Source of the DNA: Planctomycetota bacterium
Lineage (GTDB): Bacteria; Planctomycetota; UBA11346
Direction of reading: 5' to 3'
Length of the DNA stretch: 64,000 nucleotides
Assembly (NCBI GenBank): GCA_038231435.1
Contig: JBBRLJ010000016.1
Location: forward strand, 32,001 to 96,000
A model generated the notes under the pieces. The model was not told where the DNA came from. It worked only from the letters and a program-made list of their open reading frames with translations, and made no database searches. Numbering within the stretch: the stretch's first letter is position 1; each line of letters opens with the position of its first letter. A program made the translations under genes and the position numbers. Positions 51,934 through 61,826 of this stretch are shown in pieces.

Positions 51934-54900
51934 ATGCCCAGCACCCTGACCGCCTCCGATCTGCGCTGCGATTACCGCCGTGACCCGCTGGGTATCGGCA
52001 TCGCCGATCCGCGCCTGGGCTGGATCGTCGAGTCGCCGGAACGATCACAGCGGCAGAGCGCCTTCCAGGTGCTGGTCGCCAGTTCGGCCGAGGCGTTGGC
52101 GCGCGACGTGGGCGACCTGTGGGACAGCGGACGGGTGGAGTCGGACGATACCGCGCACGTGCCGTACGCCGGCAAAACACTGGAGTCCCGCCAGCGCTGC
52201 CACTGGAAGGTGCGGGTGTGGGATGCGTCCGGGCAGCCGTCCCCATGGAGCCAGCCCGCCTGGTTGGAGACGGCGCTGTTGAAACCGGAGGACTGGCGCG
52301 CGCAATGGATCGGCATCCGTCCGCGCGGCGACGACGAGCGTCTGTCATTGGCGCGCTCGCGCTGGATCGCGCCGGCCGGTGAGCCAGCCCCGGCTCCGAG
52401 CCGCGTGCAATTCTCGCATCGCTTCGAGATTCCCGCCGGCGCGATCGCGACCGCGACCCTGACCTTCGTGTGCGAGGGGAAGAAGGACCCCTGGAACTTC
52501 CAGATCCCGTACCTGTACGTGAACGGCCAGACCATCGACGCCTGGAAGTGGCTGTGGACGATGCGCGCGCCCGCGCGCTGGGATATCGCCAAGCAGCTGG
52601 TCGCAGGCCAGAACACGCTCGCGATGCAGTGCTGGTTCACGCCCGGAGCGGCGCTGATCGCGCTGATCGAGATCGAGATGGCCGATGGCCGCATCATCGA
52701 GATCGCGACTTCGCCGGAGTGGAGGACGCGCCTCGAGCCGAGCGAGAAGGACGCGCCCGGCTGGCACGAGACGAAGGACGGTTGGGCGCCGGCGCGCGAC
52801 GTCGGCGCGTTCGGCTCCGGCCCGTGGCCAGAGGACCACATCTGGAACCGCATGGACAAGCTGGTGCCAGCGGCGTACCTGCGCACGGCCTTCACGGCGC
52901 GCGCGCGCCTGGCGCGCGCGCGCATCTACGCGACCGCGGCCGGCATCTACCTGCTGCGCCTCAACGGCCAGCGCGTGGGCGACCAGGAGCTCGCCCCCGG
53001 CATCACCGACTACCGCAAGCGCATCCAGTACCAGGCTTACGACGCCACCGATCTGGTGCGCGAGGGGGGCAATGTGCTCGCGGCGGTGGTGGGCGACGGT
53101 TGGTACTCCGGCTATCAGTTCTTTGGCGCGAACGTCTTCGGCACCGAGAAGGGCCTGCTGTGCCAGCTGCATCTCGACTACGAGGACGGCTCGTCGGAGA
53201 TCGTGATTTCAGACACCTCCTGGCGCGGCGCGACCGGGGCGCTGTGCGCGGCCGATCTGTTCATGGGCGAGACGCGTGACGCGACTCGTGAGCTGGCGGG
53301 CTGGGAAGATGGCGAGACGGTGGCCGCGCAGTGGCGTGAGACGATGCGGATCCAGGCTCCGGTCGGAGCTCTCGTGGCCCAGGCCGATGAACCAGTGCGC
53401 GCCACCGCCCTGATCGCCGCGCGCACGCTCATCGAGCACCGCCCGGGTGTGCTGATCTTCGATCTCGGGCAGAACCTGGCCGGCCGCGCGCGCGTACGCC
53501 TGCGCGCTCCTGCTGGCACACGCGTCGTCATCCGCCATGGCGAGATGCTGGCCAAGGATGGCAGCCTCTACACCGAGAACCTGCGCTCGGCCCGCGCCAC
53601 CGACACCTACATCTGCCGCGGCGGCGGCGAAGAGGTGTACGAGCCGTCGCTCACCTTCCACGGCTTCCGCTACGTCGAGATCACCGGCCTGCCCGGCGCG
53701 ATCGCCGCCGAGGACGTGGTGGGCGTGGTGCTGAATTCTGACTGCCCGTGGTCGGGCTCGTTCACCTGCTCGCATCCGCAGCTGATGCAGCTGCAGAGCA
53801 ACATCCGCTGGGGCCAGCGCGGCAACTTCATCAGCGTGCCCACCGACTGCCCGCAGCGCGACGAGCGCGCGGGCTGGACCGGCGACGCGCAGATCTTCGT
53901 GCGCACCGCCACCTTCAACATGGACTGCGCTGCGTTCTTCCACAAATACCAGCAGGACATGGTCGACGCCCAGCACGCCAACGGCGCGTTTCCGGACTTC
54001 GCTCCCACCAACGAGTGCACTGACACCGGCCACTACGGCTGGGGCGATGCCGGAGTGATCGTGCCGTGGACGATCTGGCGGGTGTACGGCGACACGCGCA
54101 TCATCGAGCGCCATTTCGCGGCGATGCTCAAGTGGGTCGACCACCTGACCGCCAAGGCCGCCGAGAACCACTACGGCAACTGGAATTTCGGCGATTGGGT
54201 GTCGCCCGCGCCGCAGACGCCGAACGAGGTGCTCGCGCCCATCCACCACGCCTTCGCCGCGCGCATCGTCGCCGACATGGGCGAGGCGATCGGCCGGCGC
54301 CAGGACGCCGCGCGCATGCGTGCGGTCTTCGATGGCATCAAGAGCGCCTTCGCCGCCAAGCACGTGGCCGCCGATGGCCGCGTCACCAGCGACACCCAGA
54401 GCGCCTACATCCTGGCGTTGCGCTACGGCATGCTGCCGGAAGCCCAGCGCCCGGCAGCCGCGAACCACCTGGTCGAGGCCATCGAGCGCGCCGGCTGGCA
54501 CCTGCACACCGGCTTCCTCGGCACCGGCCATCTGCTGCCCGCGTTGTCCGAGGCCGGGCGCGACGATGTCGCCTTCCGGCTGCTGCTGACCGACACCTTC
54601 CCGTCGTGGCTGTACACGGTGAAGAATGGCGCCACCACCATGTGGGAGCGCTGGGACAGCTACACCCCCGAGTCGGGTCCGGTGAACATCGGCAACATGA
54701 ATTCCTACAACCACTACGCCTTCGGCGCCGTGGGCGAGTGGATGTACGCCAACATCGCTGGTATCGATCTCGCCGGTCCGGGCTTCCGCGAGATCGTCAT
54801 CCGCCCGCGCTCGGGTGGAGTGCTCACGCACGCGCGCGGCGAGTTCCGTTCGGTGCGCGGCACCATCGTCAGCGCCTGGCGCATCGTCGATGGCCGCTTC

Positions 54901-55092
54901 CGGCTCGACGTCACCATCCCCGCGAACGCCACCGCCGAGGTGCACGTCCCCGCGCGTGGTGACGCCAAGGACATCCTTGAGGATACGAAGCCCGCGTCGG
55001 GAGCTGAAGGCGTGCGCTTCCTGCGCCACGAGCCCGGTGCCGCGGTCTTCGCCGTCGGCTCAGGCACCTACCGCTTCAGCGCCCCCGCCTGA
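51934..55092 (+). CDS. Alpha-L-rhamnosidase, GH78
   Basis: DPLGI...PRLGW, DLWDSG, FDLGQN, FHGFRYVE, PTDCPQRDER.GWTGD, GATTMWERW, MNSYNHYAFG. Confidence 0.94.
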   Translation: MPSTLTASDLRCDYRRDPLGIGIADPRLGWIVESPERSQRQSAFQVLVASSAEALARDVGDLWDSGRVESDDTAHVPYAGKTLESRQRCHWKVRVWDASGQPSPWSQPAWLETALLKPEDWRAQWIGIRPRGDDERLSLARSRWIAPAGEPAPAPSRVQFSHRFEIPAGAIATATLTFVCEGKKDPWNFQIPYLYVNGQTIDAWKWLWTMRAPARWDIAKQLVAGQNTLAMQCWFTPGAALIALIEIEMADGRIIEIATSPEWRTRLEPSEKDAPGWHETKDGWAPARDVGAFGSGPWPEDHIWNRMDKLVPAAYLRTAFTARARLARARIYATAAGIYLLRLNGQRVGDQELAPGITDYRKRIQYQAYDATDLVREGGNVLAAVVGDGWYSGYQFFGANVFGTEKGLLCQLHLDYEDGSSEIVISDTSWRGATGALCAADLFMGETRDATRELAGWEDGETVAAQWRETMRIQAPVGALVAQADEPVRATALIAARTLIEHRPGVLIFDLGQNLAGRARVRLRAPAGTRVVIRHGEMLAKDGSLYTENLRSARATDTYICRGGGEEVYEPSLTFHGFRYVEITGLPGAIAAEDVVGVVLNSDCPWSGSFTCSHPQLMQLQSNIRWGQRGNFISVPTDCPQRDERAGWTGDAQIFVRTATFNMDCAAFFHKYQQDMVDAQHANGAFPDFAPTNECTDTGHYGWGDAGVIVPWTIWRVYGDTRIIERHFAAMLKWVDHLTAKAAENHYGNWNFGDWVSPAPQTPNEVLAPIHHAFAARIVADMGEAIGRRQDAARMRAVFDGIKSAFAAKHVAADGRVTSDTQSAYILALRYGMLPEAQRPAAANHLVEAIERAGWHLHTGFLGTGHLLPALSEAGRDDVAFRLLLTDTFPSWLYTVKNGATTMWERWDSYTPESGPVNIGNMNSYNHYAFGAVGEWMYANIAGIDLAGPGFREIVIRPRSGGVLTHARGEFRSVRGTIVSAWRIVDGRFRLDVTIPANATAEVHVPARGDAKDILEDTKPASGAEGVRFLRHEPGAAVFAVGSGTYRFSAPA

Positions 55093-55144
55093 CGTCACCC
55101 TTCGGCGCGCCCTTGCGCCCTTCCCGCCGCTCCCTCAGCTCCGT

Positions 55145-55231
55145 CTTCTAGCTTCTAGCTTCTAGCTTCTAGCTTCTAGCTTTCTGCTTTCCCTTCTCCT
55201 TATCTCCGCCCCCGCCCCCGCCCCCGCCCCC
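55145..55231 (+). repeat. (CTTCTAG)5 heptamer array followed by (GCCCCC)4
   Basis: Perfect units at 55145-55179; C5 runs at 55208-55231 (G-quadruplex-capable on the minus strand). Confidence 0.9.
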
Positions 55232-55243
55232 AAGGCCCATCCC

Positions 55244-57628
55244 ATGCGCACCCTCCTCCCTTCCGACCCGTTCATGGATCTCTCGGACAAGAATTTCTGG
55301 GTGCGCGGCCAGTGGCCGGCGAAGTGGATCTGCGAGACCGTGCACGCCAGCACCGAGCCGGTGGTGGTGGCCTTCCGCCGCCGCTTTCGTCTCGACGCCG
55401 CCGCCAGGGTGCGTGTGCACGTGTCGGCTGATGAGCGCTACGAGCTGTTCGTCGACGGCGAGCGCGTCGGCCGCGGCTCCGAGCGCGGCGATCTCGGCCA
55501 CTGGTACTTCGAGACCTACGATCTCGACCTCGCCGCAGGCGAGCACGTCATCGTCGCCCGCACCTGGTGGCTCGGTCCGCAGGGTCCGTGCCCGTTCGCG
55601 CAGTTCTCGGTGCGCTCGCGCTTCGTGCTGGCGTCAGAAGGCGCGCACGCCGCGCTGCTGGATACGGGCAAGGCTGCATGGGAATGCAAGCGCCTCGGCG
55701 GCTACACCTTCCTGCCGCCGGGAATGGCGTGGGGTGCCGGCGCCAAGGTGCGCATCAGCGGCAAGGACGCGAGCTGGGGCTTCGAGCGCGGCGAGGGCGA
55801 CGGCTGGAAGCCCGCCCACGCCGTCGGCCAGTGCGGCAACGCTGATCGCATGATGGATGGCAACGCCACCTGGTTCCTGTCGCCGGCGAAACTGCCACCG
55901 ATGCTCGACCAGCCGCTGAACGTCGGCGTCGCGCGACACGTTGAGGTGATCGCGAGCGATGACACCACCAAGCTGTTCGTCTCGTCGACCGCGCACCTGG
56001 CCGCGGAAGTCGACGGCTGGAACCGCCTGCTCTCCGGCAAGTCGTCGCTGGTGATCCCCGCACGCACGCGGCGGCGCGTGATCGTCGATCTCCAGGACTA
56101 CCACACCGCCTATCCCGAGCTGACGGTCTCGGGCGGCAAGGGCTCCTCGGTGCGCATCCACTGGGCCGAGGGCATGTTCGTCAAGGAGAGCCACGGCTAC
56201 GGGCCGAAGGGCAATCGCGACGAGATCGACGGCAAGCTCTTCGAAGGCATCGGCGACGCCTTCGAGCCCGATGGCGGACGCACGCGTCGGTTCGAGTCGC
56301 TGTGGTGGGAATCCGGTCGCTACCTCGAGGTGGTGGTCATGACTGCCGACGACGCGCTGACCATCGATGCGCTGCGCCTGCGCGAGACCCACTATCCGTT
56401 CCAGTGGGACGCGACGTTCTCGTCGAGCGACCCGCGCCTGGCGGCGGTGATGGTGCCGGCGATCCGCACGCTCGAAGCGTGCTCCCACGAGACCTATATG
56501 GACTGCCCGTACTACGAGCAGCTCATGTACGTCGGCGACACGCGACTCGAGGTTCTGGTGACCTACGCGATGACCCGCGACGCCCGCCTGCCGCGCAAGG
56601 CCATCGAGCTGTTCGACCAGTCGCGCGACACCTCTGGTCTCACCCAGTCGCGCTACCCGAGCTTCGCCAAGCAGATGATCCCGCCGTTCTCACTGTGGTG
56701 GGTGTGCATGGTGCACGATTACGCGATGTGGCGCGGCGAGCCGGCCTTCGTCCGCGCGCGCCTGCTCGGCGTGCGTTCGGTGATCGACGCGTTCTGCGCT
56801 TTCCTCAACGCCGATGGACTGGTCGAGGCTCCGCACGGTTGGAACTTCATGGACTGGGTGCCGAGCTGGAAGAACGGCATGCCGCTCGAAGGCGATACCG
56901 GCGTCAGCGGGCCACTGAACTGGCAGTTCGCGCTGACCCTGCGCCTCGCCGCCAGTCTCGAGGACATGGTGGGGGATCCCGAGCAGGCGGCTCGCTGCCG
57001 GCGGCTCGCCGACCGGCTCTCGGCCGCGATCGACGTAACGTTCTGGGACGAGCGCCGCGGACTCTACGCCGACGACCGCGCCAAGACCACGTTCAGCGAG
57101 CACGCGCAGTGCCTGGCGCTGATCGGCGGCAACGTGCCGCCCGCGCGTCGCCCGCGCGTCGAATCGGGGCTGCTCGCGGACGCCGATCTCGCGCGCACCA
57201 CCATCTACTTCAGCCACTACCTGTTCGAGACCTACCGCATGCTCGGCCGCACCGATCTGATCATCGGGCGCATGGACCTGTGGTTCTCGCTCGGCGGCCT
57301 CGGCCTGCACACCACGCTGGAAGCCCCGGAACCGAGCCGCTCCGACTGCCACGCCTGGGGCGCCCATCCGCTGCACCATTACTTCGCGAGCATCCTCGGC
57401 ATCCGCCCGGCGACCTTCGGCTTCGCAACGGTACGCATCGAGCCGAAGCTCGGCCCCCTGGCCTGGGCGAAGGGCACCCTCGCGCATCCGCAGGGCGTGA
57501 TCGAGGCCGACCTGCGCGCGTCCGGCGCCGCAGTCACCGGCACGGTCACGTTGCCTCACGGCGTGAGCGGAACCTTCGTCCAGGGCACGAAGGTCATCTC
57601 ATTGAAGCCTGGGCTCAATTCGATCTGA
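55244..57628 (+). CDS. GH78-related alpha-L-rhamnosidase family glycoside hydrolase
   Basis: SADERY.L, HETYMDCPYYEQL.Y.GD.R, WNF.DW, RSDCHAWGAHP. Confidence 0.9.
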   Translation: MRTLLPSDPFMDLSDKNFWVRGQWPAKWICETVHASTEPVVVAFRRRFRLDAAARVRVHVSADERYELFVDGERVGRGSERGDLGHWYFETYDLDLAAGEHVIVARTWWLGPQGPCPFAQFSVRSRFVLASEGAHAALLDTGKAAWECKRLGGYTFLPPGMAWGAGAKVRISGKDASWGFERGEGDGWKPAHAVGQCGNADRMMDGNATWFLSPAKLPPMLDQPLNVGVARHVEVIASDDTTKLFVSSTAHLAAEVDGWNRLLSGKSSLVIPARTRRRVIVDLQDYHTAYPELTVSGGKGSSVRIHWAEGMFVKESHGYGPKGNRDEIDGKLFEGIGDAFEPDGGRTRRFESLWWESGRYLEVVVMTADDALTIDALRLRETHYPFQWDATFSSSDPRLAAVMVPAIRTLEACSHETYMDCPYYEQLMYVGDTRLEVLVTYAMTRDARLPRKAIELFDQSRDTSGLTQSRYPSFAKQMIPPFSLWWVCMVHDYAMWRGEPAFVRARLLGVRSVIDAFCAFLNADGLVEAPHGWNFMDWVPSWKNGMPLEGDTGVSGPLNWQFALTLRLAASLEDMVGDPEQAARCRRLADRLSAAIDVTFWDERRGLYADDRAKTTFSEHAQCLALIGGNVPPARRPRVESGLLADADLARTTIYFSHYLFETYRMLGRTDLIIGRMDLWFSLGGLGLHTTLEAPEPSRSDCHAWGAHPLHHYFASILGIRPATFGFATVRIEPKLGPLAWAKGTLAHPQGVIEADLRASGAAVTGTVTLPHGVSGTFVQGTKVISLKPGLNSI

Positions 57629-57659
57629 CACTTCCGATCACCCGCAGGGAACGCCTCCC

Positions 57660-57817
57660 GGGGGGCCCCATCGCTCCGCGATGGGGCGGGCGCCGAGGGG
57701 CGGTCGGCGGATATAATGGGCGAAGCCCATCCGCCGACGATTTCGCCGGCCCCCGGCGAAATCGAGCCCCGACAAAGCCCGTGGGGTAGGCCCGCCAGGG
57801 CCGAAGGGGCGGAGCCC
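57660..57817 (-). repeat. Family A element, copy A5
   Basis: Minus strand TAG|GGGCTCCGCCCC..CCTACCCCACGGGCTTTGTCGG..GATGGGCTTCGCCCAT..CGGCGCCCG; closest to A1. Confidence 0.88.
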
Positions 57818-58822
57818 CTATGTAGAAAGCGGCAACGCGGTGCCGCCTTGCTTGTGGGAACGTTCCGCGGTGCACAGGATGTTGATGTTGCGGGCCGCGC
57901 TCTCCGCCGAGATATGCAGAGGCACGCCATCCAGCACGTGCGCGGCGACATTGTCGTACCACTGCTGCGATTTCCACGCGCGGTAGTTGACCTCGATCTT
58001 CGCATGGTCGCCGCCGGCGAGCCGGGTGCTGATCTTGAGCTTGCCGTCATCCCCCCAATGCCAGGGATCAGAGATCGTGCCCTTGTCGCCGAGGATCTTG
58101 AAGCGCTGCAGCTCATCGAACACCAGGCCCGACACCGTGACGAGGGCGCGCGCGCCCGAGGCGAAATTGATCGTCACCTGGCCATGGTCCTCATTGAGTT
58201 TCGGATCCGTGCCTGGCTTGGTGTACAACCAACCCGAGACCGACGTCACCTCGCTCTTCGCCAGGTGCACCGAGTAGTCCACCAGGTGCGCACCCCAGTC
58301 GAAGAGCACGCCGCCGCTGGCGATCTTGTCGCCGCGCCAGGTCGGCGAGCGGCCGGAATAGCCGATGCCGGTGTTGATCTCGAAGACGTTGCCGATGAGC
58401 CCGTCGTCGATCGCGCTCTTGGCCGCGAGGTACCAGGGATCGAAGCGGCGGTTGTGGTAGACGGTGAGGGACTTGCCGGTCTCCTTCGCCGCCTTGACCA
58501 TCGCCTGGGCATCTACGTAGGTGGTGGCCATGGGCTTCTCGACCACCACCGCGGCGCCGGCCTTCAGGCATTGGATGGCCTGGGGCGCGTGCAGGTTGTG
58601 CGGCGTGGCGATCGACACCAGCGTGGGCTTCTCCTTCGCGAGCATCTGCTCGATCGAGGTATAGAAGGGCACGCCGGCGAACTCCTTGTCCGCCACCTCC
58701 TTCGCCTTCGGATTCGCGTCGCACACGCCAACCAGATCGACGCGCCCGGTGTCGAGCTGGAACTTGCCGTGGTGCTTGCCGATGCCGCCGATGCCAATGA
58801 CCGCGCCGCGGATTCTGCTCAT
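57818..58822 (-). CDS. Gfo/Idh/MocA oxidoreductase
   Basis: IGIGGIG, ATPHNLH, EKPMA, HNRRFD, GG.LFDWGAH..D. Confidence 0.93.
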   Translation of the reverse strand: MSRIRGAVIGIGGIGKHHGKFQLDTGRVDLVGVCDANPKAKEVADKEFAGVPFYTSIEQMLAKEKPTLVSIATPHNLHAPQAIQCLKAGAAVVVEKPMATTYVDAQAMVKAAKETGKSLTVYHNRRFDPWYLAAKSAIDDGLIGNVFEINTGIGYSGRSPTWRGDKIASGGVLFDWGAHLVDYSVHLAKSEVTSVSGWLYTKPGTDPKLNEDHGQVTINFASGARALVTVSGLVFDELQRFKILGDKGTISDPWHWGDDGKLKISTRLAGGDHAKIEVNYRAWKSQQWYDNVAAHVLDGVPLHISAESAARNINILCTAERSHKQGGTALPLST

Positions 58823-58900
58823 GTCGTGATGTGTCCTGTTGGTTGCAGAAGGTTTGCTGGAGGAGTCGAGAAGGGGGGAATGATGACGAGGTCTGGGGGA

Positions 58901-59662
58901 TCAGTAGCCGAACGACTGCTTCAGATAACGCCGGCTGATGGCCACGCTGTCCTTCGGGTCGATCGCGGTCTTGTCCTGTTCGATCATCACCCAGCGCACC
59001 TGCTTCATGCCCGGAAGCACGCGCATGATCGCGGCGAAGTCGACCTTGCCCTGGCCGAGTTCGATCCAGCCGGCGTCGTCGAAATCCTTGAAATGCAGGT
59101 ATCCGATCCGGTCGGCGTGGCGGCTCAGGAACGCGGCGGGATCGTCGCCGCCCTTGAGCACCCAAGCCACGTCGATGCACAGATCGCAGGCTTGCGGATC
59201 CAGGCCTTCGATCAGCAGATCCATGCCCGACCTGCCATCGAAGCGTTCGGTGAACTCGAAGTCGTGATTGTGGTAGTGGAGGCGGATGCCCTCCTTGCGC
59301 AGCTCGCGGCCGATCTGGTTGAGCTTGGCGATCGAATCGCGGTACATCGCCGCGGTGCGGTTCTGCCACTCCAGGATTCCCGAGTTGCAGATGTCGGACG
59401 ACTCCATGGCGTGCATGTGCTCGATCAGCGGTTTCGCATCGAGCAGTCCGCTCATCGAGGTATGGGCGGCCGCGAATGTCAGTCCGCGGCGATCGAGCGC
59501 GGCCTTGAAGCCCGGCTGGGCCTTGGTGCCGCCTTCGACCGAGCCGTAACCCGCGGCGACGACGGCGTCGAGGATCAGCTCGCTGTCCTTCGCCATGTCG
59601 TACTTCGAGCCGAACACGCCCAATTGCGATCCCACTGGAGGCAGCTGCGAAGGAGGCGTCAT
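58901..59662 (-). CDS. Sugar-phosphate isomerase/epimerase (xylose-isomerase-like TIM barrel)
   Basis: GY.SVE, YHNHDFEF, DVAW, HFKD, ELGQG.VD, IEQD. Confidence 0.9.
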   Translation of the reverse strand: MTPPSQLPPVGSQLGVFGSKYDMAKDSELILDAVVAAGYGSVEGGTKAQPGFKAALDRRGLTFAAAHTSMSGLLDAKPLIEHMHAMESSDICNSGILEWQNRTAAMYRDSIAKLNQIGRELRKEGIRLHYHNHDFEFTERFDGRSGMDLLIEGLDPQACDLCIDVAWVLKGGDDPAAFLSRHADRIGYLHFKDFDDAGWIELGQGKVDFAAIMRVLPGMKQVRWVMIEQDKTAIDPKDSVAISRRYLKQSFGY

Positions 59663-59847
59663 GGAGGCTCCGATGCGCGCCCGATCGATGCGGCGCTGAC
59701 GGGGATTCTTCCGCGCACGCGAGGTGCTCAAGGATTTTCGCTCACCGTGGCGACGGGATCACGCCGCGTGCCAACTCTCGTGGGATGTCCCAGGGGACGC
59801 TCCGGAGCGCTCCCCGTGCGCGCCAGGGCGCGCACGGCCGTAGCTGG

Positions 59848-61074
59848 TCACTTCCGCGGCGCGCCGCCGTTCTGTGGCCGCAGTCTCCAAGCCGGCCGCG
59901 GCGGAGGCTGCCAATCGATCGTCACCGCATGCTCCACGATGCGGTAGGCGCCGCCTCCCGGAAGTTCGGCGAACTCGATGCCGGCCTTGCGCGCCTCATC
60001 CAATGTCTCCGCCCAGCGACCATCGCGCTTCGCCGCCTCGGCGAGCTGCGAGGACAGGTGATACATGCGGTGCTCCGCCCGGCTGCGCTCCAATCCGGGA
60101 CTGGTGACAGTGCCATCGCGCAGGGTGAGATCGAATCCGAATGGATCGCTCCTCAGGGCGAGACGCCCAGCGTCGATGGTCACCGGGCCCCAGGGCGGAG
60201 GCCCCGCGGGGTAGCGAGCCGCGACCGACTCGGGCTCGAGCGCATCGGCGAGCAGCAACGGAGGGATGCCGTGACGTGAGCGGTAGGCGTCGACGAGCGC
60301 CTGCAGCTCGGTCACGGCGAAGCGCGCGAGCTGGTCGCGCATGGTGTGTTCGATGTAGTCGGCGGTCGGCGATCCCGGGGTCGACGAGGCGAGCTGGTCC
60401 TGCCAGTAGCCGATCTGATCGAGTCCGCGGTACTGGCGCCGTGCCATCGCCGTCTTCCAATCCCACACCTGGCGCTTCTCGTTGTAGGTGCTCTCGGCCG
60501 CTTCCCACTGATCGAGGAACGCCTCCATGGACGCGGGCTGGCGTTCCTCCCACTGGTAGTTGGTGTGCAGCTCGGCTGCCGCCTGTCGCCACAGCGCGGT
60601 GGACCGAGGCATCTCGATGGTGCCGCGCATCAGGTAGCCCAACGCGATGTCATGGCGGTTCTCGAGCGCTCCGGTGTTGAAGGCCGCGTGCTGGTAGAAG
60701 AGCTCGAAGTGGGGATCGAGGTCGATGAGCATGTCGTACAGGCGCCGGAAGCCGCTCTCGCCGGTGCCGGCGAGGGTGTCGTCGTGGCGATCGAGCTGCA
60801 GCTCGAAGTACGCGAAGCTGTCGATCCAACGCAGTTTCGCCGCCGCCGCCGGGTGTCCCATGCTGAGCATGCGCGCCATCACCGGAGAGGGCAGGAAGGA
60901 CAGGTCCTTGGTGCGCGGCACCATGGCGCGCTCACCGAAGCGCTGCGAATTCCACCACGCGGCGGTGGCCAGCAGCGCGAGGATGATCGGCCAGCACGGC
61001 AATCGCGAGTTCCTCGGAGGTGTTGGAGTCGCCGATGGAGCGGCCGCTGGAGATGCCGCCGAGGCTCGCTTCAC
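59848..61074 (-). CDS. Pilus-associated PilG/XapA-like protein
   Basis: TM anchor; LSFLPS....R.LS.G....A.L.W; LDPHF..Y; C-terminal pseudopilin-like L...V..Y....G..P...DPFG; coupled to the ABC permease. Confidence 0.6.
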   Translation of the reverse strand: MKRASAASPAAAPSATPTPPRNSRLPCWPIILALLATAAWWNSQRFGERAMVPRTKDLSFLPSPVMARMLSMGHPAAAAKLRWIDSFAYFELQLDRHDDTLAGTGESGFRRLYDMLIDLDPHFELFYQHAAFNTGALENRHDIALGYLMRGTIEMPRSTALWRQAAAELHTNYQWEERQPASMEAFLDQWEAAESTYNEKRQVWDWKTAMARRQYRGLDQIGYWQDQLASSTPGSPTADYIEHTMRDQLARFAVTELQALVDAYRSRHGIPPLLLADALEPESVAARYPAGPPPWGPVTIDAGRLALRSDPFGFDLTLRDGTVTSPGLERSRAEHRMYHLSSQLAEAAKRDGRWAETLDEARKAGIEFAELPGGGAYRIVEHAVTIDWQPPPRPAWRLRPQNGGAPRK

Positions 61075-61826
61075 AGCTGTTTCCGCCGCAGCACCGACAC
61101 CGTGACCGTCACCAGCAGGGCGATCCACATCACCCCATAGAGCAGCCGCATCGCCGTGTCCTCGGGCGAGATGGGCAGGCCGTGCACTGCCTGGTCGCGG
61201 TACTCATAGAGCGACAGGTTCGGGACCAGGCAGGCCAGCCACACGCAGATGGTGGCCTGGAATCCCTGCAGGTGGTACATCAGCTGGGGAAGCGATCCCA
61301 CCGCGTGACCGATCGCATAGGTCGCCAGGCACAGCACCGTTGCCAGCAGCGGGCTCGACAGCGACGTCCAGCACAGGCTCACCGCCGCCATCACCAGCAC
61401 CTCGACGGTGGTGAGCGCGCCCGCGAGCACCATCCAGGCGTTCACCGGCGCGCCTGTCAGCGCCAGGTAGCCGAGGCCGAGCGCGAGCATCGCCGATTGG
61501 CCGCAGGCGAGCGCGAGCGCCAGGCCGAGGAACTTTCCGACCACGAAATGCCAGCGCCGCACCGGTCGCGAGAGCACGGTGTAGAGGGTCTTCTGCTGGA
61601 TCTCGGTCTGCACCAGGGCGGTGCCGGTCGCCACCGCTACCAGCACGCCGATGATGCTCTGCAGGCTCATCACCATGTTGGCGGTGATGAGGTTGCCGTC
61701 GGTGCCGCTGATCCATCCAACCAGGCGCGACATCATCACCGCGCAGGCGTAGAGGCCGAGCAGCGAGAGGAAGGCGCGCGAGCGCGCCGCCTCGCGGAAG
61801 GTGGCGCCGGCGATGATGGCGATCAT
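61071..61826 (-). CDS. ABC transporter permease (PilI/XapB-like)
   Basis: IA.ATFREA.R, EI..KTLY.VLSRPV.R..FVVGKFLG, about 6 TM helices. Confidence 0.88.
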   Translation of the reverse strand: MIAIIAGATFREAARSRAFLSLLGLYACAVMMSRLVGWISGTDGNLITANMVMSLQSIIGVLVAVATGTALVQTEIQQKTLYTVLSRPVRRWHFVVGKFLGLALALACGQSAMLALGLGYLALTGAPVNAWMVLAGALTTVEVLVMAAVSLCWTSLSSPLLATVLCLATYAIGHAVGSLPQLMYHLQGFQATICVWLACLVPNLSLYEYRDQAVHGLPISPEDTAMRLLYGVMWIALLVTVTVSVLRRKQL

